Below, piece after piece: positions 40,581-53,460 of a DNA stretch of 64,000 nt. The stretch is from Eledone cirrhosa (Eukaryota). Position numbers and translations under genes: made by a program. Location: positions 11,160,001 through 11,224,000 of the forward strand of contig OZ024747.1 of assembly GCA_964016885.1 (NCBI GenBank), read 5' to 3'. The notes beneath the pieces were generated by a model, which was given only the letters and a program-made list of their open reading frames with translations, was not told the DNA's origin and searched no databases. Positions within the stretch are counted from its first letter, which is position 1. Each line of letters opens with the position of its first letter.

Positions 40581-41056
40581 GTATTATATATATATATGTA
40601 GTATATATATATGTGTATATATATATATTGTGTATATATATTATGTGTATATATATATATGTGTATATATATATTTGTACTATATATGTCTATAATCTAT
40701 ATATAAATGTAATATATATATAATGTATATATATATAAATGTATATATATATATATGTATATATATACTATCTATATAAATATATGTATATATATATATA
40801 AATAATACTATGTATACTATATATATATATATATATATCTATATATATATACATATACTATATCTAATATATACTATATATCATATATAGTACTATATAC
40901 ACTATCTATACTATATACTATGTATATATATATATATATATACAACTATATATATATATACTATATATATATACTATCCATACCACTATATATATACTAT
41001 ATATACTATATACTATATAACTATCAATATATACAATACTATATCATATAATATAT

Positions 41057-41148
<92 letters not shown>

Positions 41149-41150
41149 TA
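39495..41150. repeat. Long degenerate (TA)n/(TATG)n tract
   Basis: More than 1.6 kb of almost pure A/T. Switches from G-interrupted to C-interrupted near 40750. Confidence 0.95.
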
Positions 41151-41610
41151 TCATAAAGTGCATATGTATGTCTTTTGTGTATATTTATGAAGCTATGCTT
41201 GGTCACAGTTTCAAAGACTGTGTAGATAGTAAATGACGATAGTACTCAATACCTAATATGTTGCAGACGTAGTAATTTTTATATGTGAGGTTGTAGTCAA
41301 CTTATGAAGGACACTACACATATCAGCTCTCTATAAGCTTCATTAGGAGAAAATAACTCTGGCTTCGATATCAAAGACAGAATTACTTTCCCTTGGTGTG
41401 GCTTGGTAGGAAACTGAAACAAGGAGGCGCCATAAATGGGACTACACCTTAGACTTACATTATATATATATTTTCTTATTGTGTATTGACCTGTTATGCA
41501 TGTTTCACAGAAGATAGGCTCAAGGTCACTCCTAGTAGTTATGGACCTGACTCTAGGATCGATCTGCTCTTCTGACCTGGTGATTCAACTAAAAATCACC
41601 GAATTACATA

Positions 41611-41644
<34 letters not shown>

Positions 41645-41683
41645 TCATCATTTAATATCCATTTTCCACACTAGTGTTGGTAG

Positions 41684-41717
<34 letters not shown>

Positions 41718-42380
41718 TCATCATTTAATATCCATTTTCCACACTAGTATAGGTAGGAATATATATATATATATATATATAATATATATATATAGTATAT
41801 ATATATATAGTAATAATAAAAATGTGAAGACTAAAATCGAAAGAGCGCTCAATAAGGATAAATATATATCAAATATATAAGAACCCTAGACCAAATATTT
41901 ATTGAAATAACAGATTAAAGTTTAAGCAAAGAATCACTGCTTTGACTCTTAATGGGATCTTTCAGAAGATCCCGTTTAAGGGTGAAAGCAGCGATTCTTT
42001 GCTTAAACTTTCTGTTATTTTAATAAATATATATAGTCTTCCCTAATAAGACTGTGTTTTTGCATCTGTTTTGTATTTTGTTTTCAGCACCTTATTTTAA
42101 TTGTTTCCCTTCCTTTCTTTAACAGAACACAGAAAATCCCTTTAGCTCCTTTCAAATAAATATACCCTACTACATGTATTGAGTACTCCTTATCTTATTT
42201 ATGTACATGTGTTATTATAAGACATATAGGCCTTATGATAACGCTTAACACATTTCAATGTTCTTACTAGTCTCAATTAGTAACATCTTATCTATATATA
42301 CATGTGTGTATATATATATATATATGTATATGTATATATAATATATATATATATATATACACATATACATATATATATAT

Positions 42381-42411
<31 letters not shown>

Positions 42412-42466
42412 AATATATATACATACACCTACATATGTATATATATATATACATACATACACCTTC

Positions 42467-42544
<78 letters not shown>

Positions 42545-43023
42545 TATATATATACATACACCTACATATGTATATATAATATATACATACATACATACAC
42601 CTACATATGTATATATATAGACGTGTATATACATGTGCGTATGCTTCTTTGTAGAAGTATACCCATGAGTAAATCAATACTTAGTGTGTTTGATTTGGCA
42701 AAAATCTATGGAGTTATATATACCAAACATTTTGGCACTTCACTTTTCCCCCAACCCAAATTTAAACACAATCAACTGCTTAAAAGGCCAACAATATCTT
42801 TAGTTATTTTCAAATCAACTCTAAGTGGTTCAGACACTCTTTTAAATGGTAGCCGCTGTTATTCTTATTGCTATGATTATTGCTATGTGTGTGTGTGTCT
42901 GTTACTGTATGTGTGTATGTATATACATATATATGTGTCTGTGTGTGTGTGTTACTGTATGAAAGATGCGTATGATATGAATTACATATGGATGTTTGTA
43001 TGTAATATACCTGTGTATATTAC

Positions 43024-43055
<32 letters not shown>

Positions 43056-43146
43056 ATGTATATATATATATATTTATTTTATATATATAATGTGTGTATA
43101 TATATGTGTGTGTGCGTGTGTATATATATATGTGTGTGTGTGTGTG

Positions 43147-43177
<31 letters not shown>

Positions 43178-43244
43178 ATGTATATATATTATATATATAA
43201 TGTGTGTATATATATATATGTGTGCGTGTGTATATATATGTGTA

Positions 43245-43278
<34 letters not shown>

Positions 43279-43395
43279 ATTCATACACACAACAAATAAA
43301 TTATTGTGCAACCTTAGGTTTCATAGTCTGACAATCTTATATAAGCGCAATTGACGTTTGTCAGATATGTCTTCTGGCCAACAATATACACACAT

Positions 43396-43438
<43 letters not shown>

Positions 43439-43696
43439 CGCATAAAGGGTCTGGCAGAATAACTATTGTTGGTGGGGGAAAAAATCTTCAAGTGTCAGAG
43501 ACTATCCCTGCAATTTCACAACTGAAACTCACTTTAGGGGTGTTCTGATCATGAGAAGCAAGCAAGCAAATAAGGGAGAGAACTTCTATAACTTGAGCTG
43601 AGCCAAGTCTTTTAGAACAATTACTGACAATACAGTGGAAATGTATATATGCTCACATACAAACATAAAAATGAGGAGGAGGATGGAAAGGATGAT

Positions 43697-43748
<52 letters not shown>

Positions 43749-44098
43749 TACACACATATATATATATATATATATATACATCATACACACATATATATAT
43801 ATATATATATATATGTGTTAACAGAAGCATTATATACAACAGATGATACTTATATATATATATATATATATATTTGTACACACACACAAAAGTGTGTACA
43901 AACAAAAGAGCCATGAACACATAATGTGGAAGTTGAAAGTATTTGTATTAACAGTTTCACATATTTCTTCATTACCAATGGTTTCGAGACACAAACATGT
44001 TGACCTCATCAGATGCATGGAAAATAAGATAAAACTTCTGACGAGGCTGACATATTTGAAACTGCTGCTAATGCACAAATAGGTTGATCTGTTGTATG

Positions 44099-44148
<50 letters not shown>

Positions 44149-44180
44149 ATAAATGGAAACTATATTTATAAAACCATATT

Positions 44181-44246
44181 TATTTCATTATATATATTTC
44201 AGAGATAACATATTAACAATATGCTATGCCTTCCTCAGACAAAATA
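44181..44246 (-). ncRNA. Minimal type I hammerhead ribozyme (element A2, inverted copy)
   Basis: Reverse complement of 44387-44452. Confidence 0.7.
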
Positions 44247-44386
44247 CAATATAAACAGTTTTATAGATAAATAGATTCGACATACCGTAACAACATCTAC
44301 TTGCATTTGAGAATCAACCTTCTCAAATGCAAGTAGATGTTGTTACGGTATGTCGAATCTATTTATCTATAAAACTGTTTATATTG

Positions 44387-44452
44387 TATTTTGTCTGAGG
44401 AAGGCATAGCATATTGTTAATATGTTATCTCTGAAATATATATAATGAAATA
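44387..44452 (+). ncRNA. Minimal type I hammerhead ribozyme (foldback element A2, sense copy)
   Basis: Stem I TATTTTGT/ATGAAATA; CTGAGGA 44395-44401; stem II AGGCATAGCATATT-gtt-AATATGTTATCTCT; GAAA 44433-44436; TATATA; UA site with predicted cut after 44444. Confidence 0.75.
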
Positions 44453-44615
44453 AATATGGTTTTATAAATATAGTTTCCATTTATTTAATATTGTAAATAT
44501 ACTCCAAATATTTGTCGAGTGCTTTTATATCAGTTATAAATATTTACTAGTTGTAACACAACAATTTAAATATAACTTTCCATATATATATATATATATA
44601 TTTATGTATATTAAA

Positions 44616-44720
44616 TTTATTAAGGCTAAATAGTGAGTCTTGTTACTCTGGAGTTTGATGACCCTGTGATAAACAGGTGAAACTCCAGAGTAACAAGACT
44701 CACTATTTAGCCTTAATAAA
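44616..44720 (+). mobile_element. Short foldback element B with hammerhead-like core
   Basis: 41-bp inverted arms at 44616-44656 and 44680-44720 around TGATGA-c-CCTGT-gataa-ACAGG-t-GAAA-CTCcaGAG-TA. Confidence 0.6.
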
Positions 44721-45018
44721 ATGAATATATATATATATATATGTATATACATACATAACATTTCTTAGGTTTATCAAGTGCATACATATATACCTACTTA
44801 TGTGAGTGTGCGTGTGTGGTGTGTGTGTGAGCATTTGTGTGTATGTGTGTATGCATTTCTGAAAATGCTGTGACTGTAAGAATCATCAGAAAGACATCAG
44901 AAATCTTTTTATGAATTCAGTTTCAGTGAACCAAGACAAGATGGCTTTCTGAAGAAAACCAAAAAATAGAGTAAAATTTCATATATTCTGGTGAGGTGTA
45001 CATAGGGTTTAGTGTATA

Positions 45019-45097
<79 letters not shown>

Positions 45098-45399
45098 GTA
45101 TATAGTTTTCTTGGTGATTGGAAGTGGTAGACAGATATGTAATCAAACACATCGACATTTTACATTGTGTGTGTAACTCCAAACATTACGTAGATTCTTG
45201 AACACACACATGTATAGATACACACACAGATATATATACACATATATATACATATGTACACATATATGTATACACATATAAATACATATTTACAGACATA
45301 TAGATACATATGTAAACACATATATATACATATATGTAGAGTTATAGATATACATGTACATGCTATTAAAACCATTGGTAGTGGTTTTTAAGGAATATA

Positions 45400-45442
<43 letters not shown>

Positions 45443-47019
45443 GTATATATACACCCATGTATACATAAGCACATACATGTATACACATGTATGTGTGTAT
45501 GTATATATATATGTGTGTGTCTTTGATAATCTCAGTAACACACATACAAACATACACAGACACACAATAGTCTCACTGTTTATATTTCCTCTACCACTTC
45601 CAAAAATTGCCCTTTTTTCTTTTTTATTAATGCAGCCATTTTGTTTTAAGGGTGAGACTTATCCTTTATTATATTTTTATATTTCATAGGAAAAAAAAAC
45701 AACGAAAAAACAAAAGCCAAATATAAACAAAACTCTTTGATATTCCTTGCTTTTAATTAACTCTTTGGCTCCTTCCCATAATGACCATATATGGAAATAA
45801 TTAGAGTAATTAGTTGGGAGACAAAAAAAATAAGCCAACCCCTAAAAAAAAAAATGATCCCGCAAAATCAAAACATCCTTTCATGCAAGTCAATTCTTGA
45901 AGCAATTTGTGACAAAAAAAAAACTGGCATTCAACATTTTGGTTATCTGAGTTAAATTCCAAGGAATTATTATTATTATTGTTATTATTATTATTATTAT
46001 TATTAGTTTTCTTTGACATAAAAGCATAAAGACTATAATTGTTTTTAATAAGAGAGATAATAAAACAAATCTGTGGTGAGTCTTTCTTAAGAGTATTTCT
46101 AGCAAGAAAAGGAATGGGAAAATGGATTTGAGCAAGGAAACAAAAGTATTTATGTTACAGAACAATTTACAGTGCTCACTTAATTGTTGTTGTTGTTGTA
46201 ATTGTTTTATGTTGAAAAAATTGTGGCCCTTTAAGAGAACCCTGTTGAAATAAGTGTATCCCTTTAAAAGAACCCTGTTGAAATAAGTGTATCCCTTTAT
46301 GTTGAAACAAGTGAACCCCTTTAACAGAACTCTGTTGAAATAAGTGTACCCCTTTTCAGAGGACTATGGTGAAACAAGTGTATCCCTTTATGTTGAAACC
46401 TATGTACCTCTTTAAGAGGACTCTGTTGAAATAAGTGTATCCCTTCAAACAAGTCTATTCTTTTAAGAGAGCTCCGTTGAAACACATGAACCCCTTTAAC
46501 ACTTTTGTGGTGGTATTTCTAAGGAAATACACTATTTCAATTAATTAATGAAGAATTTTGAGGGATTTACCAAAAAGCATTAATTATTTTGTTACTAAGA
46601 TAACTTAACATATGGTTCCTATATAAAATAATGTTGGAAGATTTAAATTTAAACAGGAACCATATCCAGGCATATATCTTGCTGTGGAATTAAACATCTT
46701 TCTTTATATTTGTGTTTTCTATACAATCTTCATAAATATTTTGTTTGCTTTAGTTTTCGGCAGGATGTAGACAAAATACAATTATATTTAAAAAATGATC
46801 CAAAACTGACAGAGTTTATTTCTACCCTGAGATGGAAGAGGGGCGGGGGAGACATCCAAAGGGTTCCAGAAAATTCCTTACAGAATTTTATTAAAAAAGA
46901 AATGTTTATGTTTTTGTTTGTTTTTCTTCTTCAGCTGCACTTTGTCGAAAAAATTCCAAATTTCATGGAGTGAGAAGAAGTATGTCTGAATTAATAACAA
47001 CAACAACAGCAGTAATAAT

Positions 47020-47640
47020 GGTTTCTAGTATAGGCACAGGGCCAACAATTTTTTGGGGAAGGGGAAAGTCGATTAAATCAACCCCAGTGTATTACTGGTA
47101 CTTTATTTTATCGACCCCCGTAAGGATGAAAGGCAAAGTTAACCACAGCAGGATTTGAACTCAGAACATAAAGGGCCGTAACTCTATGCCACGAAGCATG
47201 TTGTCCGACGCTCTACTGATTACTGCCAATCCACTAATAATGATAATAATGGTTTCTGATTTAGGCACAAGGCCAGCAATTTTTTGGGGGAGGGAAAGTC
47301 AATTACATCAACCCCAGTACATTACTGGTATTTTATTTTATCAACTCTGGGAAGATGAAAGGCAAAGTTGACCTCGGTAGGATTTGAAGACAACGTAAAA
47401 ACTGGAACAAATACCTCAAAGTTTGTTGTCTGACACTCTACCGATTCTGTCATCCCATCATCATCAATAATAGTTTCTAAATTAGGCACAACGCCAGCAT
47501 TCTTTTTGGGGTGGAGAGTTATATCAACCCCAGTACTTGACTAGTACTTTATTTTATCAACCCCACTCCTCTCCAAAAGGATGGAAAGCAAAGTTGATTT
47601 GGTGGGATTTGAACTCAGAATAGAAAGAGTTAGAACAATC
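47020..47640 (-). mobile_element. Three head-to-tail SINE copies downstream of the membrane-protein ORF
   Basis: Units at about 47020-47235, 47250-47460 and 47470-47640, each with caaccccagt...tactttattttatc...aaaggcaaagtt...ggatttgaa. Confidence 0.75.
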
Positions 47641-48064
47641 GCAGGGAAATAAGGATGTGATACACAAGGCCACAAATGTAAAGTGAGGGGGGGGGGGACC
47701 TATTGACAGTGAGGGAGGAAATTAGAGTGGAGGCTATTAGGAATAAAAAGTAAAACCAAAGAGGGACTAAAAATTAATGTAATTAGTGTGGTGTACTTCT
47801 GTCTTATGCTTCTGTATTGCCCTAATAATAACAACAATAATAATAATAATGCTTTAATAACAATAATAATGTTAGTCACTACAGATATACTCAGGAAAAT
47901 ATTGTCTGCGTAAAGTCCTTGTTGAGACTCAACAGGCAGTAGAAGATCCTGTAATATACTGTGCAACCCATAATAATAATTTAATTACAATGATGGTGAA
48001 AATAATAATAATAATAACATTGACGGTGATGATGATGATGATAATGATGGAAGAAAAAAAGTGC

Positions 48065-49003
48065 TTATAAAATGAAGGTGGAATGTCGCCGTGCTGCTGT
48101 ATAAGTGATGACTTCTTGGTCACCAATAGCAACCCAGTTGATGCTGCCTCGCTTTGAACCATCTGGAGTTTGGTTAGGGGTTGATGTCCGACTTGTGCTA
48201 GGTCGTAGTGAGGGCTTTCTGATGAGGTCTATGTCGACACTGGAGGTGGAGGGTACCCCTCGGCTGCAGACTGGCGGCTCTGTTGAGATAACAGCGTACT
48301 TGAGGGCCAGCTGACGTGCTCGTGCATCTAACTGCGATGAATGGCAGTAGTAGGCGATGCACACGAAGATGATAATACTGACTGCAGCGACAGGGCTTGC
48401 AATAAGCAATGGAAGGGGTAAGTCTTTGTGTACAGGGATATCTTCCGAAGGCGACATGGACACTACCGGCAAGTCCTCTTCAACCTGTGTTACATTACTG
48501 CTGTTATTGACAGAGATTGAACCAAAAACCTTCGCTACTGTCTTGTTGACTGACATATTGGATGACGATGAAAATGGTATGGAAGACAGATTTGTGTTTG
48601 TCAATGTTCCGTTAGTTAGCTTGTTGACAGACAGTGTATCGGTATCGGTACTGGTATCAGTTAAGGCGCCAATTTTCAACTGCTGAGGTTGTTGTCTATC
48701 CAATGACTGGCCAACTCTAGCAGCATAGTGGTGATGGTAAATAGTCTGTGAATGTTGTTTCTTTGTCGACTGTGCATGAGTGTTTTGTGAGGTGGACGGT
48801 GAAGAAGAGAATGTGGAGGACTTGTGGTGGGTTTGTTCGTTGTTGAAGCTGTTGCCGTGATTTGATCTGTGTGTTGTGGAATTGTGGAGCATTTGTTCTG
48901 CTCCAGTGATGAGATCGACGAGATGGGGCATTGAACAACAGCAGGCACACAAGAATGAGGCAATCAGGTATAGAATAGACAGCATTGAGTCAAAACTGTT
49001 CAT
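48065..49003 (-). CDS. Uncharacterised 312-aa type I single-pass membrane glycoprotein
   Basis: Non-repetitive ORF. N-terminal hydrophobic signal (MLSILYLIASFLCACCCS). Ser/Thr/Asn-rich ectodomain with 8 N-X-S/T sequons. TM helix LPLLIASPVAAVSIIIFVCIAYYC (about aa 197-220). Cytoplasmic tail with RKPS, KRGS and RRHS, ending TFIL. Confidence 0.85.
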   Translation of the reverse strand: MNSFDSMLSILYLIASFLCACCCSMPHLVDLITGAEQMLHNSTTHRSNHGNSFNNEQTHHKSSTFSSSPSTSQNTHAQSTKKQHSQTIYHHHYAARVGQSLDRQQPQQLKIGALTDTSTDTDTLSVNKLTNGTLTNTNLSSIPFSSSSNMSVNKTVAKVFGSISVNNSSNVTQVEEDLPVVSMSPSEDIPVHKDLPLPLLIASPVAAVSIIIFVCIAYYCHSSQLDARARQLALKYAVISTEPPVCSRGVPSTSSVDIDLIRKPSLRPSTSRTSTPNQTPDGSKRGSINWVAIGDQEVITYTAARRHSTFIL

Positions 49004-49484
49004 GTTGAGTCACACACCAGGTGTCACTGCTACAATCCTTCACAAATATTCTCAATTACAAAATAAGTTGTAAAGGCTGAGTCTTTAGTTCATTGTTTCT
49101 TTCATGGAAGAAACTTTAATGTTTTTTTTTTCAGAAATTATTTTTTGGTTTTTAATATTTATGTCAATTTCTTTCTTTTTTATTCTGGAGATTTACCTGA
49201 ATTTCTTGTTTAAGGAGTTAAGGAAGTGGATATATAAAGATCCATGGTTAATGGAGTAAAATATTCCTCAGAAATGTTGACAATAACAACAATATAAATA
49301 AATAACAATAACAACTTGAATAACAATAAAATATTCTTCAATTAACAATTTCTCTTATTTTGCTTTTTTGTGTTTGATGTCTTTTTTGATCATCAGACAA
49401 TATTGGTGAAATATGGCCAGGTATAGTGCACCACTTACAAATATTGATACTATGACATTAGTAACAACGGCAACAACAACAATG

Positions 49485-49523
<39 letters not shown>

Positions 49524-49709
49524 GTAATAATAATAGTAATAATAATAATAATAAAAATGTTTGGCAAAATTTCTGCTGCTGTCTTCTTTCTGTGTATGTT
49601 TCTTATTGTTAAATGCTAGTTGAGATAAAGGGTATCATATCTGACAAAGGTCCTCTTGGTTATTAAAACACTCGCAGCTGACTGCTTCGTAAAGTTCAGG
49701 AACAAAGCC
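49004..49709 (-). other. Probable 5' UTR part of the membrane-protein exon
   Basis: Strong acceptor ttttctatttcAG at 49711-49710 upstream of the ORF. Upstream exon(s) not identified. Confidence 0.45.
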
Positions 49710-50834
49710 CTGAAATAGAAAATAATAATGATAATAAATTAATTTTGATAAACTAACAGAAATAGAACATCAAACGACATCAATAAAACAGTTTTGGGAA
49801 GTATAGAATAGTACTATGTCTGTATCACATTAACAGTTAAAGTCTTTAATACTACAAATTTTCATAAACATCTGTTCACTAGTAAAGATACTATGAACAT
49901 TTGAATTAACAAACCACATTAGCAAGACATTTTTGAAAAGTAAAAAGCAACACTTTGATTGCATCACATTAAATAATTGAATTCTAAATGTTCACAACAA
50001 TCTGTCCAGTAGTGGAGATACTATAAACATTTGAATTAACAAACATGTTTTCCTGATATTTTCTGCTAAATTATTGCTGAATATTAAGAGATAATACTAC
50101 AAATGTTCACAACAATCTGTCTAGTAATAAAGATACTATAAACATTTGAATTACCAAACCCGTTTTTAGATATTTTCTGCTAAATCATTACAGGATGTTA
50201 AGAGATAATTATTTGTGATGTGTTACAGTTATAAATGGTCATCTCAACACACATACATCATGTGTGTCTCAGTCTTATAATAGGTTCATCAATTCCCTGT
50301 GTACTATAAAAGACAACTAAAAGAGTTTACTGCAGGATAAACAACTGACATCTGCCTCAAAAAATCCCGCCCAAATTTGTTTATTTTAAAATATTTATAT
50401 TTATCTAAAAGCTCTCCATCACAATTTTATGAAAGAACTTTTGTTATGTTCTAAATACCAGCTTCATAATGAGATAGTTAGTTATATTACTAAATCCCTT
50501 TTAATTCTTAATTTTAAAAATTATTTGAATATCATAGGCAGTGTCTTTTATTGGAAAAATTGTAACGAAAGGATTAAAAACATGAGCAATGTCTTTCATT
50601 GGAAATATGATAATGAAAAGCTTGACTGAATTATATTCCCATCTCCCAAACACTTAGAAATATCGACCATGTTCCAAGTCAAAACAAATTGTTATTTAAT
50701 TAGGTTTGTCTGCTTCAGGAAACTTTCTTGGCTAACGCTACCACACAAGCTCTTCATCTCAGCTAATTACTTCCTTAGATATTAACACTTTTGATAACAA
50801 ACTGCTTCTGCTCCTAGAATACAAAACAATTGGT

Positions 50835-51110
50835 TTTAAAGTGTTTATATTTATCTAGAAACCTTCCATCATAATTTTATGTAAGAACCTTTAAGTTATG
50901 TTCCAAACACCCCTTGTTTTAGGATATAAAACAGTTTTAAGGTGTTTATATTTATCTAGAAACCTTCCATCATAATTTTATGTAAGAACCTTTAAGTTAT
51001 GTTCCAAACACCCCTTGTTTTAGGATATAAAACAGTTTTAAGGTGTTTATATTTATCTAGAAACCTTCCATCATAATTTTATGTAAGAACCTTTAAGTTA
51101 TGTTCCAAAT
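50835..51110. repeat. 101-bp tandem repeat, about 2.7 copies
   Basis: gtgtttatatttatctagaaacc at 50841, 50942 and 51043. Confidence 0.85.
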
Positions 51111-52409
51111 ACCAGAGTAATGATAAGAAAGATGTTTATCTCTGCAAATTCCTGACCATTTTCAAAATAATTTGAAACTCCTAAGCAGTGCTTTTCATTA
51201 AAAATATGGTAATGAAATGAACGGGTTAAAGTGTTTATATTTATTTTAAAACTTCCCATCATAATTTTATGTAAGAACCTTGCTTAAGTTATGTTCTAAA
51301 GACCAATTTATTAATGAGAAAGTGAGTTATATTACTAAAACTCTCCGAATTCTTGAATATTAAAAAAAAAAATTTGAAAACCAAGGACAGTGTCTTTCAT
51401 CAGAAATATTGTAATGAAACAATTAAAGACATGGGCAGTGTCTTTCATTAGAAATATGGTAATGAGAGGGTTAATGATATAGGCAGTATCTTTTCTTAGA
51501 AATATGAAAATGAAAGGGTTAATGATATAGGCAGTATCTTTCATTAGAAATGTTTTGATGGAAGGGTTAATGACATAGAAGTCCAGATCTTTATAATACA
51601 TCTAGCACCATGGAAACTATATTGATGTCAACGTGGTTAGTTATGATAACCATTTTAATCACTTTCGAAGTGGTGTGAATGGTGTCCATGGAAAATTGGC
51701 AAACTTCATGTCAGACATGAAATTTTCACCTTCAGCTTTTTGATTCCAAACTGCCTGAAATCCTCCAAGGTTCTACGATATAAACCTGATTATCTTTAAG
51801 TGTTTATATTTATCTATTTTCAAAATGTTCACAATAACTCGTCTTCTGGTTGCTTTTTGTAGATATTTCCAGTTAAATCATTACAAAATGTTAAAGTTAA
51901 CCTTTCTTGGTAAAAATCGGATATTTTAAAGGAAGTCTCTCATTCAATAAGTGTGTATGTATGTTTCTATGGCTAAAGGAATGGAGAGGAAGTGACGTCC
52001 AAATGAGTATCCTGCCCTTTCAACTAGCTTACCCTCAAAATTATCTGGAAATCACAGGCAATGTTACATTTATGTATTGTTTTGTAAGATTATTGATGTG
52101 AAATAATGTGTTGAAACAGATATTGTTATATTTGGTGGTGTGGACGGTCATGTGTTGCCAGTATTACCAATAAAGATGAAGTAACAGATTAAGACGAGAA
52201 AGGAGGCACAAGGGAGAACAGATAGTTATTGAGAAGGTCACAGAATGTGTGACGAAAATACTTTGACAAACTAAAAAAATAACAATAAATATAAAATGAA
52301 AATCATATTGTGTGTGTATTGGCAATACTGGGAGATTCAGCACGACACAATGTGTGACAGGGCTGACCCTGGGAATTACAGATACAACTCGTTTCTTTTC
52401 ATCTCAGTG

Positions 52410-52732
52410 GACTGGAGCAACATAAAATAAAGTGTCTTGCTCAAGGACTGGAGCAACATAAAATAAAGTGTCTTTCTCAAGGACTGGAGCAACATAAAAT
52501 AAAGTGTCTTGCTCAAGGACTGGAGCAACATAAAATAAAGTGTCTTGCTCAAGGACTGGAGCAACATAAAATAAAGTGTCTTGCTCAAGGACTGGAACAA
52601 CATAAAATAAAGTGTCTTGCTCAAGGACTGGAGCAACATAAAATAAAGTGTCTTGCTCAAGGACTGGAGCAACATAAAATAAAGTGTCTTGCTCAAGGAC
52701 ACTATGAGAAATAAAGTGTCTTGCTCAAGGAC
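52410..52732. repeat. 36-bp minisatellite expanded inside a SINE
   Basis: gactggagcaacataaaataaagtgtcttgctcaag, about 8 copies. Reverse complement of the SINE body at about 33893-33927. Confidence 0.9.
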
Positions 52733-53341
52733 ATAATGTGCCACTGGCCTTACAATTGTGAACCAAACACCCTAACCACTATGCCATACACCTTCACAAA
52801 GATAACAACAACAATATTATTCATTATTATGACAAAAGCAACACAACATTGATATTAATCATTATAACCAAAACACAATACAACAACAACACTACAACAA
52901 CAACTACTACAACAACGCTACAATAATACAACAATACAAAAACACAGCAACAACAACAACATATAATATTATTCATTACTAGACCACCCGTGACCTTTTG
53001 GGTCATGTTCACTTCAAAATAATTTTTAAATAATTAAAATATACACAGACATGTATATAATGTGAAATGAAACTGGAAGGCCCATATATATACGTGTGTG
53101 TATGTATATATATAAATGTGTGTTTGTATATATATCATCATCATCATCATCATCATCATCGTTTAACATCTATCTTCCATGCTAGCATGGGTTTAGACGG
53201 GAGTTGTCCCACTTGAGGCAAGATTGGTTGTCTCGCTCATATAGGACTGTGTGTGTGTGTGTGTGTGTATATATATGTGGATGTCTGTGATCTATATACA
53301 TTGGTCATAGACACACACACATATATATATATATACACGCT

Positions 53342-53378
<37 letters not shown>

Positions 53379-53381
<3 letters not shown>

Positions 53382-53460
53382 AAAGTTCTATTTAAATTGT
53401 TGGGATACAACAAGCAAATATTTTTATAACTGATATAAAGCACTCGACAAGTATTTGGTA
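53379..53460 (-). mobile_element. Isolated 3' tail of the A1/A2 family
   Basis: Reverse complement resembles 44500-44582 (tactccaaatatttgtcgagtgcttttatatcagttataaa...acaatttaaata). Abuts (TA)n. Confidence 0.65.

Larger units (their letters stand above)
44141..44582 (+). mobile_element. Foldback hammerhead element A2 (same family as A1)
   Basis: 173-bp inverted arms at 44141-44313 and 44320-44492 with a 6-nt loop and no mismatch seen. Tail homologous to A1. Between (TA)n tracts. Confidence 0.75.

Noticed and set aside
39495-41150. G-to-C strand switch in the long TA tract as a biological inversion
   Set aside because: Cannot be distinguished from low-quality consensus or a scaffold join in long-read assembly.
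45600-45720. PolyA site of the membrane-protein gene (minus-strand AATAAA at 45665-45670)
   Set aside because: Plausible, but such hexamers are common in this AT-rich DNA; needs transcript data.
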